A stretch of DNA of 64,000 nucleotides from Nitrospirota bacterium. GTDB taxonomy: Bacteria; Nitrospirota; UBA9217. Positions 20,481-30,477 of the stretch are shown here, piece by piece; within the stretch, counting starts at the first letter, position 1, and every line of letters begins with the position of its first letter. A model generated the notes under the pieces. The model ran no database searches, had not been told where the DNA came from, and worked only from the letters and a program-made list of their open reading frames with translations. The position numbers and the translations under genes were made by a program. The stretch is from NCBI GenBank assembly GCA_963751455.1, contig CAVVUN010000009.1, positions 64,001 to 128,000 on the forward strand. The letters run 5' to 3'.

Positions 20481-21922
20481 TCATAACAGGCACGCACAGC
20501 GGATGCGGAAAGACCACGGTGACCCTCGGTATTCTTGCCGCCCTTAAAAAGAAGGGTTTTACAGTACAACCCTTTAAGACCGGTCCTGATTTTATCGACG
20601 CGGGTCTCCATCGGCTTGTTGTTGACAGGCCTTCCCGAAACCTGGATCAGTGGATGTGCGGCAGCGACTATGTTATCGATTGCTTCAATAAGCATTCGGC
20701 AAATGCCGACATCGCTGTGATCGAAGGCGTGATGGGAATGTATGACGGAGAATTCAGCACTGCTCATCTCGCGGGCCTGCTCGGCGTTCCCGTAGTTCTT
20801 GTCGTGGATGCGTACGGTATGGCTGAAAGCGCGGGAGCGGTGGTTAAAGGATTTTCCGAGTTTCGAGTTCAGAATTCAAAGTTTGCAGTAAAGCAACCGC
20901 GTTTAGCTGGGATTATATTCAACCGCGTTGCTTCCGAGAACCATTACAAAAGGCTTAAAGACAGTGTGCAGGACATACCTGTTCTCGGCTATGTCCCGAG
21001 AGAACTGAACTTCGAGATTCCTCATCGTCATCTTGGCTTGACCGTGGCGGAGGAGAATCCGCTGAGGCCCGAAAATGTCGAAGGGCTTGCGGATACGGTA
21101 TTAAAACATATTGATATTGATGAGATCGTAAGGAGTGCGGCACTTACAAAAGAGCAAAGCTATCACCGCGAAGGCGCGAAGGTCGCAAAGGAAACCAGAA
21201 CGTTTAAAGTTGCGGTCGCCTATGACAAGGCCTTCTCCTTCTATTATGAAGACAACCTTGACCTGCTTCGGGAAGCTGGCGCTGAAATTATCCGGTTCAG
21301 CCCGATTGAAGACAATGCGGTACCTGATACTGCTGATGCTCTATATATAGGCGGAGGTTATCCTGAATTACATGCGGACGCGCTGTCCCGCAATTCCTCT
21401 ATGCTTGGATCCCTACGGGCATGGAGTGATGCCGGAAAACCGGTCTATGCCGAGTGCGGCGGATTGATGTACCTTTCACAGGGCATCCGTGATTTTGATA
21501 ATGCCTTTTTCGCGATGGCCGGTGTGCTTCCATTCAAAACACGGATGATAAAAAAGCCGATGCTGGCTTACCGGAAAATCGTTCTGAATGAGAACTGCAT
21601 CCTCGGGGTTCAGGGTGACAGGTGCCGGGGGCATGAGTTCCATTATTCGGAGATGATAGAACAAAGTAGTCAGGAGGACTTCGGCGAGACTTCGGCGAGC
21701 TCAGTCGAGTCGTTCAGTCGAGCCGCAGGAGTCAGGAGCAAGGAGCCGGACAACACAGTACAAAGAATATATGCTGTAAAAAATAAAGCAGGAGAACAGT
21801 TCTTGACGGAAGGATTTCGGATCAAAAACACTCTCGCGAGCTACATCCATGTTCACTTCGGCAGCAATCTGCATATCGCGGAACGGTTCGCAGGTTTTGT
21901 AAAAGGAGATCTAAAGGCATGA
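20468..21922 (+). CDS. cbiA: Cobyrinate a,c-diamide synthase
   Basis: SGCGKTT, EGVMG, GGGYPE, YAECGG, GHEFHYS. Confidence 0.96.
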   Translation: MRGIVITGTHSGCGKTTVTLGILAALKKKGFTVQPFKTGPDFIDAGLHRLVVDRPSRNLDQWMCGSDYVIDCFNKHSANADIAVIEGVMGMYDGEFSTAHLAGLLGVPVVLVVDAYGMAESAGAVVKGFSEFRVQNSKFAVKQPRLAGIIFNRVASENHYKRLKDSVQDIPVLGYVPRELNFEIPHRHLGLTVAEENPLRPENVEGLADTVLKHIDIDEIVRSAALTKEQSYHREGAKVAKETRTFKVAVAYDKAFSFYYEDNLDLLREAGAEIIRFSPIEDNAVPDTADALYIGGGYPELHADALSRNSSMLGSLRAWSDAGKPVYAECGGLMYLSQGIRDFDNAFFAMAGVLPFKTRMIKKPMLAYRKIVLNENCILGVQGDRCRGHEFHYSEMIEQSSQEDFGETSASSVESFSRAAGVRSKEPDNTVQRIYAVKNKAGEQFLTEGFRIKNTLASYIHVHFGSNLHIAERFAGFVKGDLKA

Positions 21923-22965
21923 AGGAAAGCATTCTGCTGCTCGGACATGGAAGCCCTAAAAAAGACGCAAACAATCTCGAGCAGCTCGCGAAGATGCTGC
22001 ACGGTATGCTGCATGCCGGATGCGCGGAAGACTGCGTCAAGGTGGCGTACCTGCAGTTTGCGGAGCCCGGTATCCCGGATACGATCAAAGAGTGTGTGCA
22101 GCAGGGCGCGAAGAAGATCATCCTTCACCCGTTCTTTCTCACCGCTGGGATGCACGTGACAAAAGACATCCCGGAGATGATCCGAGATGCGCAGAAGTTG
22201 TATACTGGTGTGGAATTCGTGTATACCGAGCCGCTCGGCATTCACGAAAAGCTGGCTCATATCGTGCTGGAACGCATCAGTGCCGCGGAACAGCTTGCGC
22301 CTGAGGACATCGAAAAGAGGAGTTTCGATATTCTTTCAGCAGAAGCCGGCCTGGGCAGTGTTCCCCCGGATCGTTTGCCGATCGTACAGCGCGTTATTCA
22401 TGCAACCGCTGATTTTGACTTTAAGAACACACTTACGTTCCACCCGGATGCCGTAATAAAGGGGATCGAGGCGATTAGAGCCGGGAAGGATATCCTGACC
22501 GATGTCGAAATGGTGCGGACGGGCATCAATAAAAAGTGGCTTTCAAGGTGGGGCGGAAAAGTTGTCTGCGGGATTCAGGATGCGCGATCCACCCTGCACT
22601 CGCGCGAGCACTCGTCAACGCTGGGCCCAGGCACGATGCAGGATCACGACAAGAGAACGAGATCGGAGATCGGGATCGAGACCGCATTGCGGGAGAACGG
22701 CAACATCGGGATCATAGCCATCGGAAACGCGCCTACAGCGCTTATCAGAACGATTGGCCTTCTCGAAGACTCCGAACTCCCGATTCGGAACTCCGAACTG
22801 CTGATAATCGGTGTTCCCGTGGGCTTTGTTAAAGCTGTTGAATCAAAGGCCCTCCTTGCGGCCCAGCGGTTTCCTTTCATCACGGCTTTGGGCAGAAAAG
22901 GCGGCACGCCGGTAGCAGTAGCAATCGTTAACGCGTTATTGAAAATGGCAGGAGAGGGTAAGTGA
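21919..22965 (+). CDS. cbiX-cbiC: CbiX cobaltochelatase / CbiC precorrin-8X methylmutase fusion
   Basis: LLGHGS..., PFFLTAGMHVTKDIP then IEKRSF, RVIHATAD, GNAPTAL, GRKGGT. Confidence 0.93.
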   Translation: MKESILLLGHGSPKKDANNLEQLAKMLHGMLHAGCAEDCVKVAYLQFAEPGIPDTIKECVQQGAKKIILHPFFLTAGMHVTKDIPEMIRDAQKLYTGVEFVYTEPLGIHEKLAHIVLERISAAEQLAPEDIEKRSFDILSAEAGLGSVPPDRLPIVQRVIHATADFDFKNTLTFHPDAVIKGIEAIRAGKDILTDVEMVRTGINKKWLSRWGGKVVCGIQDARSTLHSREHSSTLGPGTMQDHDKRTRSEIGIETALRENGNIGIIAIGNAPTALIRTIGLLEDSELPIRNSELLIIGVPVGFVKAVESKALLAAQRFPFITALGRKGGTPVAVAIVNALLKMAGEGK

Positions 22966-23798
22966 GGATTCAAAGTTCAAAGTTCAAGGTTCAAATTAAC
23001 GTAGTGTTTTCTCTCACGCTTACTGCATTCTGCCTGTTGCTTGCATCAACAGATGCGCACGCGATGCACATCTCCGAGGGAATCCTGCCTTTTAACTGGG
23101 CGGTGTTATGGTTTGCCGTGTCAGTGCCGTTTGTAGGATACGGACTATACCGTTTGAGGAAGATGTCGGAAATCGATCTCTCTTTCAAGCCGCTCGTGGG
23201 ACTGATGACAGCGGTGATATTTATCATTTCCTGCATGCCCGTACCGGTACCGACTGCGGGCACCTGCTCTCATCCCTGCGGAACGGGGATATCGGGAATA
23301 TTGCTCGGCCCTGCGATCAGCGTACTGATCACCGCAGCTGCTCTCCTGATACAGGCGCTTTTCCTTGCCCATGGCGGATTAAGCACCTGGGGTGCTGACG
23401 TTGTTTCCATGGGTGTTGTAGGTTCTTTCGCGGGATATGGTACCTTTAAGCTATTACGCTCAATGAAGGTAAAGATAGCGGCTGCAGGCTTCGCAGCTGG
23501 TTTGATAGCTGACTGGGCCACTTACCTTGCCACATCCGTAGAGCTTGCATCAGGCATAAGGGGCGACTCGGCCTTTCTGCCGCTGTTCACGAAAATTGTT
23601 ATTGCCTTCATTCCTACTCAGCTCCCGTTGGGGTTCCTGGAAGGAGCCATGACCGCAGGAATGATATCCCTGCTTTCCAGGAAGAGACCGGATCTTCTGG
23701 TAAAGATGGGAGTGGTGAAAAGTCAGGAGTTAGGAGTCAGGAATCAGGGGGGGTATTGTGAAAAGTCAGGAGTCAGGAGTCAGAAGTCAGGAGTATAG
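22962..23798 (+). CDS. cbiM: Cobalt ECF transporter substrate component
   Basis: Signal peptide then MHISEGILP, GTCSHPCG, AHGG. Confidence 0.94.
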   Translation: MRIQSSKFKVQINVVFSLTLTAFCLLLASTDAHAMHISEGILPFNWAVLWFAVSVPFVGYGLYRLRKMSEIDLSFKPLVGLMTAVIFIISCMPVPVPTAGTCSHPCGTGISGILLGPAISVLITAAALLIQALFLAHGGLSTWGADVVSMGVVGSFAGYGTFKLLRSMKVKIAAAGFAAGLIADWATYLATSVELASGIRGDSAFLPLFTKIVIAFIPTQLPLGFLEGAMTAGMISLLSRKRPDLLVKMGVVKSQELGVRNQGGYCEKSGVRSQKSGV

Positions 23799-24084
23799 GG
23801 GAATAATTTTAATATTATTATTTCTCCTTTCTTTTCACTTTTCACTCTTCACTGTTGCTTCTGCTGCTGAGAAATGGACTGGCGTGGATGAAACGGTCAT
23901 TGAAAAAATTGCCAAGGAGCATGGCAGGCAGGCGCGGGAGCCGTTTGTCAACACCGACAAGGGGGACCTTCTTCTCTTCGTCTTTCTCCTTGCGGGCGCA
24001 ATCGGCGGTTTTGCAGCAGGGTATTCGTGGCGAAAGCTCATAGAGCCGAAGCAGAAAGATAATAAAAATGGAAATACTGTCTGA
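23758..24084 (+). CDS. Small cobalt transporter subunit (CbiN-like)
   Basis: KWTGVDETVIEKIA...GDLLLFVFLLAGAIGGF; sits between cbiM and cbiQ. Confidence 0.8.
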   Translation: MKSQESGVRSQEYRGIILILLFLLSFHFSLFTVASAAEKWTGVDETVIEKIAKEHGRQAREPFVNTDKGDLLLFVFLLAGAIGGFAAGYSWRKLIEPKQKDNKNGNTV

Positions 24085-24820
24085 ATATCATAAAAAAGAT
24101 CATGTGATGACAAGGATCGATGCGCGGGTAAAATTGATCAGTGCCCTGGTCCTTTTGGCAATGGTCCTGAGTTACCGTGGATTCGTATTCCCGCTGGCAA
24201 ACACGGTCCTCTGCCTGTCTTTGTGCATAACGATGCGGGTTCCCTTGCGTGTTTTTATTGTGAGATTTTCAGAACCCCTGTTCCTTGCAGCAGTCATCCT
24301 CCTTCTGAAATTCTTTTTCTCGGGAAGGGATGTCATGTTTTCGATTCATGTTCTCGGCATGGACGTAATTGGACACAGGGATGGGCTACTGGAGGGCCTG
24401 ATGGTAGGAAACAGGATCATAGCCGCTGTCTCTATCGTAGCGCTCATGGGATTTTCCACGCCGTTTACCGAATTCATGGCCGGCCTTTCCTGGCTCAGGG
24501 TCCCCAAGGGCTTTGTCGATATATTGATGTTCGCATACCGGTATATCTTTGTCCTTCTCGATGACGCTGAGGTGATTTACAGCGCTCAGAAGAACAGACT
24601 GGGTTATTCTACGATAAAGAGGGGCTTAAACTCATTCGGCGTTCTTGCCGGTTCGTTGACTCTTAAAGCTTTCGATCACAGCCATAATACGACCGTGGCT
24701 ATGGTCCAGAGAGGGTATGATGGCAATATGCCGTTGTTGAAACATAAAACCTTTAAGTTGTCCGAGGTCGCAGCCTCGGTTGTTTTCATGACCGGAATGG
24801 GATTTTTATGGAAAATGTAA
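24068..24820 (+). CDS. cbiQ: Cobalt ECF transporter T component
   Basis: DARVK, YRYIFVL, AQKNRLGY, AMVQRGY. Confidence 0.94.
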   Translation: MEILSEYHKKDHVMTRIDARVKLISALVLLAMVLSYRGFVFPLANTVLCLSLCITMRVPLRVFIVRFSEPLFLAAVILLLKFFFSGRDVMFSIHVLGMDVIGHRDGLLEGLMVGNRIIAAVSIVALMGFSTPFTEFMAGLSWLRVPKGFVDILMFAYRYIFVLLDDAEVIYSAQKNRLGYSTIKRGLNSFGVLAGSLTLKAFDHSHNTTVAMVQRGYDGNMPLLKHKTFKLSEVAASVVFMTGMGFLWKM

Positions 24821-25668
24821 GGAGAACGCAAACGGAGCAGGTCCGCCTTTCTGTTGACATACGATCCTTTATATATCCCGATGGGACGCAGGCGCTGGCC
24901 GACATAACCCTTGAAATCAAAAAGGGCGATTTCGTCGGTCTTCTGGGGTCCAACGGTTCGGGAAAGACAACGCTTCTGAAAGCCATGGACGGGCTGATGA
25001 AGGAGTACCAGGGCAGTGTTCATCTCGATAATGCGGACATCAGGAAACTATCTCCGAAGGAGATTTATAGAAAAGTCGGCCTCGTGTTCCAGAATCCGGA
25101 TGACCAGCTGTTTGCGCCGACCGTGTTTGAGGATGTCGCATTCGGGCCTCTCAATATGGGATTTGCCGGAGAGGAGCTTGCCCGCCGTGTAAACACGGCG
25201 CTCAATGATGTTGAAATGGAAGGGGCTGCGAGGAAGTCTATTCACCATCTGAGTTTCGGTCAGAAGAAAAGAATCTGCATTGCAGGGCTCCTGGCCATGG
25301 GACACGAGATCCTGCTGCTGGATGAGCCGACCGCGGGATTGGACCCGATGGGTGAATATAAAATGATGGGCCTCCTGACGCGGCTTAACAGGGAACGTGG
25401 CGTAACAATCGTCATGGCAACCCACAGCGTTGATCTTGTTCCTCTCTTCCTTGACAGGCTGTATATTCTGAGTAAAGGCCGCATTGCCCGGGGAGGTGCG
25501 CCCGAAGAGGTCTTTACGGCGCCGGAAGAGATGTCCCAGGTAAAGCTTCGTCTTCCCCAGATTGCAGAATTGATTTACCGGCTCAAGCACGATGATGGAA
25601 TGCCGTTCGAGAAAATTCCGCTTACCATCGGAGAGGCGCGGAGAGAGATCCTGAAAATTGCAAAATGA
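24808..25668 (+). CDS. cbiO: Cobalt ECF transporter ATPase
   Basis: GSNGSGKTT, FQNPDDQLF, LSFGQKKR, DEPTAGLDP. Confidence 0.95.
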   Translation: MENVRRTQTEQVRLSVDIRSFIYPDGTQALADITLEIKKGDFVGLLGSNGSGKTTLLKAMDGLMKEYQGSVHLDNADIRKLSPKEIYRKVGLVFQNPDDQLFAPTVFEDVAFGPLNMGFAGEELARRVNTALNDVEMEGAARKSIHHLSFGQKKRICIAGLLAMGHEILLLDEPTAGLDPMGEYKMMGLLTRLNRERGVTIVMATHSVDLVPLFLDRLYILSKGRIARGGAPEEVFTAPEEMSQVKLRLPQIAELIYRLKHDDGMPFEKIPLTIGEARREILKIAK

Positions 25669-25704
25669 TATGCAAGTTTATAATTAACCTTCGAGCGAAA
25701 CGAC

Positions 25705-26223
25705 ATGCGTAAAGGATATGTTCAGGTTTATACGGGCAATGGAAAAGGCAAGACTACGGCTGCACTGGGGTTGGCCCTGCGCGCTGCAGGAGCGGGCCTC
25801 AGAACGTATATCGCCCAATTCATAAAAAAAAGAAAATGCAGCGAACATGTCGTGCTCGAAGAGCTTCAAGACAGGATCGTGATAAAACAATACGGCAACG
25901 GCTTTCTTCTGAAGAAAAAACCGGCTTTGGCAGATATCAAAGCTGCGCAGGCAGGATACGCAGAAGTAAAAGAAATTATTCAGTCCAGGGAATACGATAT
26001 AGTGGTTCTGGATGAAGCGAATGTCGCTGTCCATTACGGGTTGATCCCGGTACAGGACCTGCTCGAGCTTATTCAACAGAAACCGAAAAGCGTCGAGCTC
26101 GTGATAACCGGCAGGTATGCGGATGAGAAAGTGATTCAGGCGGCGGACCTCGTCACCGAGATGCGCGAGATCAAGCATTACCGGGAAAAGGGAGTAGAGG
26201 CGCGGCGTGGCATTGAAAAATAA
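25705..26223 (+). CDS. cobO: Cob(I)yrinic acid a,c-diamide adenosyltransferase
   Basis: VYTGNGKGKTTAALG, LDE, ELVITGR, ADLVTEM..IKH. Confidence 0.95.
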   Translation: MRKGYVQVYTGNGKGKTTAALGLALRAAGAGLRTYIAQFIKKRKCSEHVVLEELQDRIVIKQYGNGFLLKKKPALADIKAAQAGYAEVKEIIQSREYDIVVLDEANVAVHYGLIPVQDLLELIQQKPKSVELVITGRYADEKVIQAADLVTEMREIKHYREKGVEARRGIEK

Positions 26224-27523
26224 AAAGCTGCGGTCCGGCTATACAACCGGCGCGTGTGCTGCTGCTGCGGCAAAGGCGGCGACAGTACTGCTAATGCGGA
26301 GCGCGGAGTGCGGGGACTTGCACCCAGTGCTAACGAGTGCGAATGCGCGAGTGCAGGGTGTGCGTAGTGAAGAGGAAATCCAGGAGGTATCAATTCCTTT
26401 TCCTGATGGGAGCAGAGTACAATTTGCTGTTCGTAACTCCTCACTCCGAACTCATAACTCCGAACTGATTTCATCGGCCTCAGTGATTAAAGACGCTGGA
26501 GATGATCCGGATGTGACGCATGGTGCGGAGATTATAGCTACAGTCCGGTTTGTGGAGTCGGGACTAAAAAATGAAGAATGTCCGCAAATCGTAATAAAAG
26601 GCGGTAAAGGTGTCGGCAGGGTAACCAAGCCCGGCCTGGCAATCCCAGTTGGCGAACCGGCGATCAATCCCGTGCCGAGGAAGATGATCCGGGAAGCAGT
26701 GATGGAAGCAATAACGGAATCCGTAAATCAACCCATCCCCCTCCCAACCTCCCCCTTGAAAGGGGAGGAACTCAATAAATTCCCTCCCCTTCAAGGGGAG
26801 GGTAAGGGTGGGGATGGGTTGGCTGCCACTCCGCACTTGGAAGTCACCATCTCCGTGCCTGCGGGTGAGGAACTAGCAAAAAAGACACTGAACCATCGCC
26901 TCGGCATTGTCGGGGGAATATCGATCCTCGGCACTACCGGTATCGTCCGTCCCGTATCCAGGGAAGCATATACGGCAACCATTACCGCGGGGATGGATGT
27001 CGCAAAGGCCATGGGTCATAGTGTCGTGGTCCTTTCGTCTGGGAGGACTTCCGAGAAAGCGCACATGAAGAAGTTTGCTTTTCCTGACGAATCCTATGTT
27101 ATGATGGGTGACTATCTCGAATTTTCGCTCATTGACGCGAAGAACCACGGCTTTAGCTCTATCCATCTGTGCGCGCAATGGGCAAAGATGATAAAGACGG
27201 CAATGTCCACACCCCAGACTCATGTCCGGCACGGAGCGATTGAGGCGACGAATGCGGCTGCTTTTCTGAGGTTCCTTGGCGTGGATGTGCCGCCGGCAAA
27301 AGAGTTCAATACGGCCCGGGAAATCTTTGATTACATAAACGCCGCATCATCCAAGCCGCTTGCGCCCAGCGTTGACGAGTGCTTGCGCGAGTGCAGGGTG
27401 CATACCGCGCTTGCCGCGGTTTGCGCAGCGGCAAAACAATACGCTGAGCGGATCACATCAGGCATCCCGGTCATCGTTCATCTCGTGTCTTATGAGGGAA
27501 AAATCATTGCAGCCAGCGAATAA
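26207..27523 (+). CDS. cbiD: Cobalt-precorrin-5B C1-methyltransferase
   Basis: LRSGYTTGACAAAA, KDAGDDPDVTHG, GISILGTTG; carries several in-frame repeat inserts. Confidence 0.95.
   Translation: MALKNKKLRSGYTTGACAAAAAKAATVLLMRSAECGDLHPVLTSANARVQGVRSEEEIQEVSIPFPDGSRVQFAVRNSSLRTHNSELISSASVIKDAGDDPDVTHGAEIIATVRFVESGLKNEECPQIVIKGGKGVGRVTKPGLAIPVGEPAINPVPRKMIREAVMEAITESVNQPIPLPTSPLKGEELNKFPPLQGEGKGGDGLAATPHLEVTISVPAGEELAKKTLNHRLGIVGGISILGTTGIVRPVSREAYTATITAGMDVAKAMGHSVVVLSSGRTSEKAHMKKFAFPDESYVMMGDYLEFSLIDAKNHGFSSIHLCAQWAKMIKTAMSTPQTHVRHGAIEATNAAAFLRFLGVDVPPAKEFNTAREIFDYINAASSKPLAPSVDECLRECRVHTALAAVCAAAKQYAERITSGIPVIVHLVSYEGKIIAASE
26729..26821. repeat. 93-bp palindromic repeat inserted in frame in cbiD
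   Basis: CAACCCATCCCCCTCCC...GGGTGGGGATGGGTTG; 31 codons. Confidence 0.88.
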
Positions 27524-28841
27524 ACTTTCTGTGATAGGCATCGGGTACCGGCCGCTCTGTAAGCGCGCGCAAGAGCTTCTTCTCGGCGCCGAGGTCATTC
27601 TTGCTTCAACACGGCTGCTTGATGTGTTTACCCGTTATGCTGAATATGAAGCCGTTAAACACCGGATCAAGGTCATAAACAAGGTGCCTGATACGATCGA
27701 GTTTATTAAAGAACGCTTTTCTCATTCAGGATCGCAACCCGTAGCTCTCCTCGCGTCCGGAGACCCGCTGTTCTTCGGCATTGGAAGGAAGATACGGGAA
27801 GAGTTCGGGAAGGAAGCGGTTGAGATCCTGCCGGATCTCTCGAGCGTTCAGGAGGCGTTTGCCCGGATTTATGAACCCTGGGATGATGCATTTTTCATAA
27901 GCCTGCACGGCGGCCCGGACATCTCGAAGAGACGCAAGCTGCCCTATGAGGCCGCGGACATCCCCGGGCTGCTCCAGCGATACGGCAAGCTTGGAATACT
28001 TACCGATTCGGAAAACAATCCGGTTCTTATAGCAAAGGTTCTCGAATCTGCAATTCACAGTCCGCAATCCGCAATTGTGATGTCCGTCTGCGAAAGGCTC
28101 GGCTATCCGGATGAAAAGATCACCCAAGGGACTCCTGAAGAGATCGCGGCTAAATCTTTTTCAGACCCAAATGTGGTTATAGCGCAGGAGTCAGGAGTCA
28201 CCCTGCACTCGCGCAAGCACTCGTCAACGCTGGGTGCAGGCAGGAGTTACCCTGCGCTCGCGCAGGAGACAGGAATTATATTCGGATTGCGGGAAGATGA
28301 GATCGATCATGATCGCGGGCTGATCACCAAAGACGAGGTGAGGGCAGTCACGCTTCATAAACTTTACCTTCCGGAACATGGAGTTCTCTGGGACATCGGG
28401 GCGGGATCAGGCTCCGTATCGCTCGAGGCGGCGCGTCTTTGTCCTGGAATGCAGATCTTTGCCATAGAAAAAGAACAGCATCGGATCGATACAATAAATG
28501 CAAATTTGCAGAAGTTCGGCATTCGGAATGTATCAATCATCCAGGGAAGTGCGCCTGATGTTCTTCAGAACATTCCTGCTCCGGATCGCGTTTTCATCGG
28601 CGGGAGCGGCGGAAGTCTCGATTCCATCATAGATCTGGTGAAAGAGAAAATGCATGAAGGTATTGTTGTTATAAACGCAGTAACCCTCGATACACTCAAT
28701 AAGGCGGTCCCGGCCCTGGAAAAGGCCGGGTTCTCAGTGGATGTTACGGAGATATCCGTATCGAGATCAAGGACAGTGGCAGGCAAGCGGCATATGAGCG
28801 CGTTAAACCCTGTGTTTATCGTGAAGGGCAAACGGAGTTAA
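27507..28841 (+). CDS. cbiET: Bifunctional CbiE/CbiT methyltransferase/decarboxylase
   Basis: VIGIG, LASGDPLFFGIG, ITKDEVR, WDIGAGSGS; TTG start inferred. Confidence 0.92.
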   Translation: MQPANKLSVIGIGYRPLCKRAQELLLGAEVILASTRLLDVFTRYAEYEAVKHRIKVINKVPDTIEFIKERFSHSGSQPVALLASGDPLFFGIGRKIREEFGKEAVEILPDLSSVQEAFARIYEPWDDAFFISLHGGPDISKRRKLPYEAADIPGLLQRYGKLGILTDSENNPVLIAKVLESAIHSPQSAIVMSVCERLGYPDEKITQGTPEEIAAKSFSDPNVVIAQESGVTLHSRKHSSTLGAGRSYPALAQETGIIFGLREDEIDHDRGLITKDEVRAVTLHKLYLPEHGVLWDIGAGSGSVSLEAARLCPGMQIFAIEKEQHRIDTINANLQKFGIRNVSIIQGSAPDVLQNIPAPDRVFIGGSGGSLDSIIDLVKEKMHEGIVVINAVTLDTLNKAVPALEKAGFSVDVTEISVSRSRTVAGKRHMSALNPVFIVKGKRS

Positions 28842-28846
28842 AATAT

Positions 28847-29650
28847 ATGGATGGAAAACTCTACGTTATTGGAATAGGGCCCGGCGATCCCGAACTCATG
28901 ACGGTAAAGGCAGTAAGACTGCTGAAGCAAGCGCCGTGCATCTTTGTTCCTAAAGGACGCGAAGAAGGGAGCAGTCTCGCGCTCTCGATCGTCCAGAAAG
29001 CTATTGCACTCGACGGCAAAGAGATTGTCGAGGCGTACTTCCCGATGATGAAAACCGCCCCTCACGCCCCGCACTCGCGCTCCGCACTCGTAACGCCGGG
29101 TGCAAGCCCCGGCCCTCTCCCAGGAGGGAGGGAGATGTCGACGCGAAGTGCGGACGCGAACGAACTCAATGCCAGCTGGAACGAAACGGTCGAGGCTGTT
29201 CTCAACAGGCTGGACAGGGGCATCGATGTCGCGTTCATTACGATCGGAGATCCGGGAATATACAGCACGTTTTTCTATCTCTATGACCGACTGCTCGAGC
29301 AAAAGCCCTCACTTGCAGTTGAGATTATCCCAGGGATATCGTCGATCAATGCTGCAGCTGCACGGGCAGGGTTGTACCTGGGGCTCGGCAACGACCGGAT
29401 TGCCATACTTCCGGCGAATTACCTGGACAGCCTCCAGGAGACCCTGGAGAAGTTCGATACCGTGGTTTTGATGAAGGTGAACAAGGTGTTCGATACGGTT
29501 AAGGACATGCTTGTGAAGATGAACCTGGTGGAGAACGCCGTTTATGTTGCCCGTACCGGGATGGATGACGAGCGGGTGTGTAACGATATCCGGAAGGTGA
29601 CGCAGGAAGAATTGAACTATTTCTCTCTGGTTATAGTGAGGAAGCGATGA
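28847..29650 (+). CDS. cbiL: Cobalt-precorrin-2 C20-methyltransferase
   Basis: GIGPGDPELMTVKA, GDPGIYSTF, VVLMKV. Confidence 0.93.
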   Translation: MDGKLYVIGIGPGDPELMTVKAVRLLKQAPCIFVPKGREEGSSLALSIVQKAIALDGKEIVEAYFPMMKTAPHAPHSRSALVTPGASPGPLPGGREMSTRSADANELNASWNETVEAVLNRLDRGIDVAFITIGDPGIYSTFFYLYDRLLEQKPSLAVEIIPGISSINAAAARAGLYLGLGNDRIAILPANYLDSLQETLEKFDTVVLMKVNKVFDTVKDMLVKMNLVENAVYVARTGMDDERVCNDIRKVTQEELNYFSLVIVRKR

Positions 29651-30405
29651 AAGCAAAGGTCATATTCATAGGCGCAGGACCCGGAGACCCGGAATTGATA
29701 ACCGTGAAAGGCAGAAAGCTTCTCGATTCTGCTGACGTTGTGATCTATGCGGGAAGTCTCGTGAATCCCGCGCTGCTGAACGGCATCAAGGCCAGGATCT
29801 TTGATTCAGCTCACATGGACCTGGACGAGATCGTCGCAATAATGAAAAAAACTGCGGAAGACAACAGGATGCTCGTGCGTCTTCACACTGGGGATACCTC
29901 GTTCTACAGTGCAATTTCCGAGCAGATAGAACGGCTCCGCGAACTCGATATTCCGTACGAGGTCGTACCCGGAGTATCATCAGCCATGGCCGGGGCGGCC
30001 ATACTCGGCCAGGAACTGACAATTCCCGAGATCAGCCAGACCGTGATCTTTACCAGGATGGAAGGGCGAACCCCGGTGCCGGCTTCCGAACGACTCGGTT
30101 CACTCGCTTTTCATCGTGCTACCATGGCGATCTTCCTGAGCGTCGGCATGATTGAAAAGGTCCGTGATGAACTGCTCCAGGGCTATCCAGAAAATACGCC
30201 CGTTGTGATCATCGAGAAGGCAACATGGCCCGATCAGAAGGTCATACGGGGAACATTAAAGGAAATTGTGTCCCTGGTTACGAACGCAGGCATCATGAAG
30301 ACGGCGCTTATCTACGTGGGTGAATCCCTTCGAGCATCGGAAAAATCCATGGGAAAAGAATCGAAGCTTTATCATAAGGATTTTAAACATGGATATCGGG
30401 AATGA
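29647..30405 (+). CDS. cbiF: Cobalt-precorrin-4 C11-methyltransferase
   Basis: GAGPGDPELIT, YAGSLV, RLHTGD, SKLY...F.H. Confidence 0.95.
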   Translation: MKAKVIFIGAGPGDPELITVKGRKLLDSADVVIYAGSLVNPALLNGIKARIFDSAHMDLDEIVAIMKKTAEDNRMLVRLHTGDTSFYSAISEQIERLRELDIPYEVVPGVSSAMAGAAILGQELTIPEISQTVIFTRMEGRTPVPASERLGSLAFHRATMAIFLSVGMIEKVRDELLQGYPENTPVVIIEKATWPDQKVIRGTLKEIVSLVTNAGIMKTALIYVGESLRASEKSMGKESKLYHKDFKHGYRE

Positions 30406-30477
30406 CGTGGTATGGAGCGAGCCAAACGCGTTGGCGTGTAAAATCACGGCGACATGGTCGTCTTGATCCAAAAAAGA

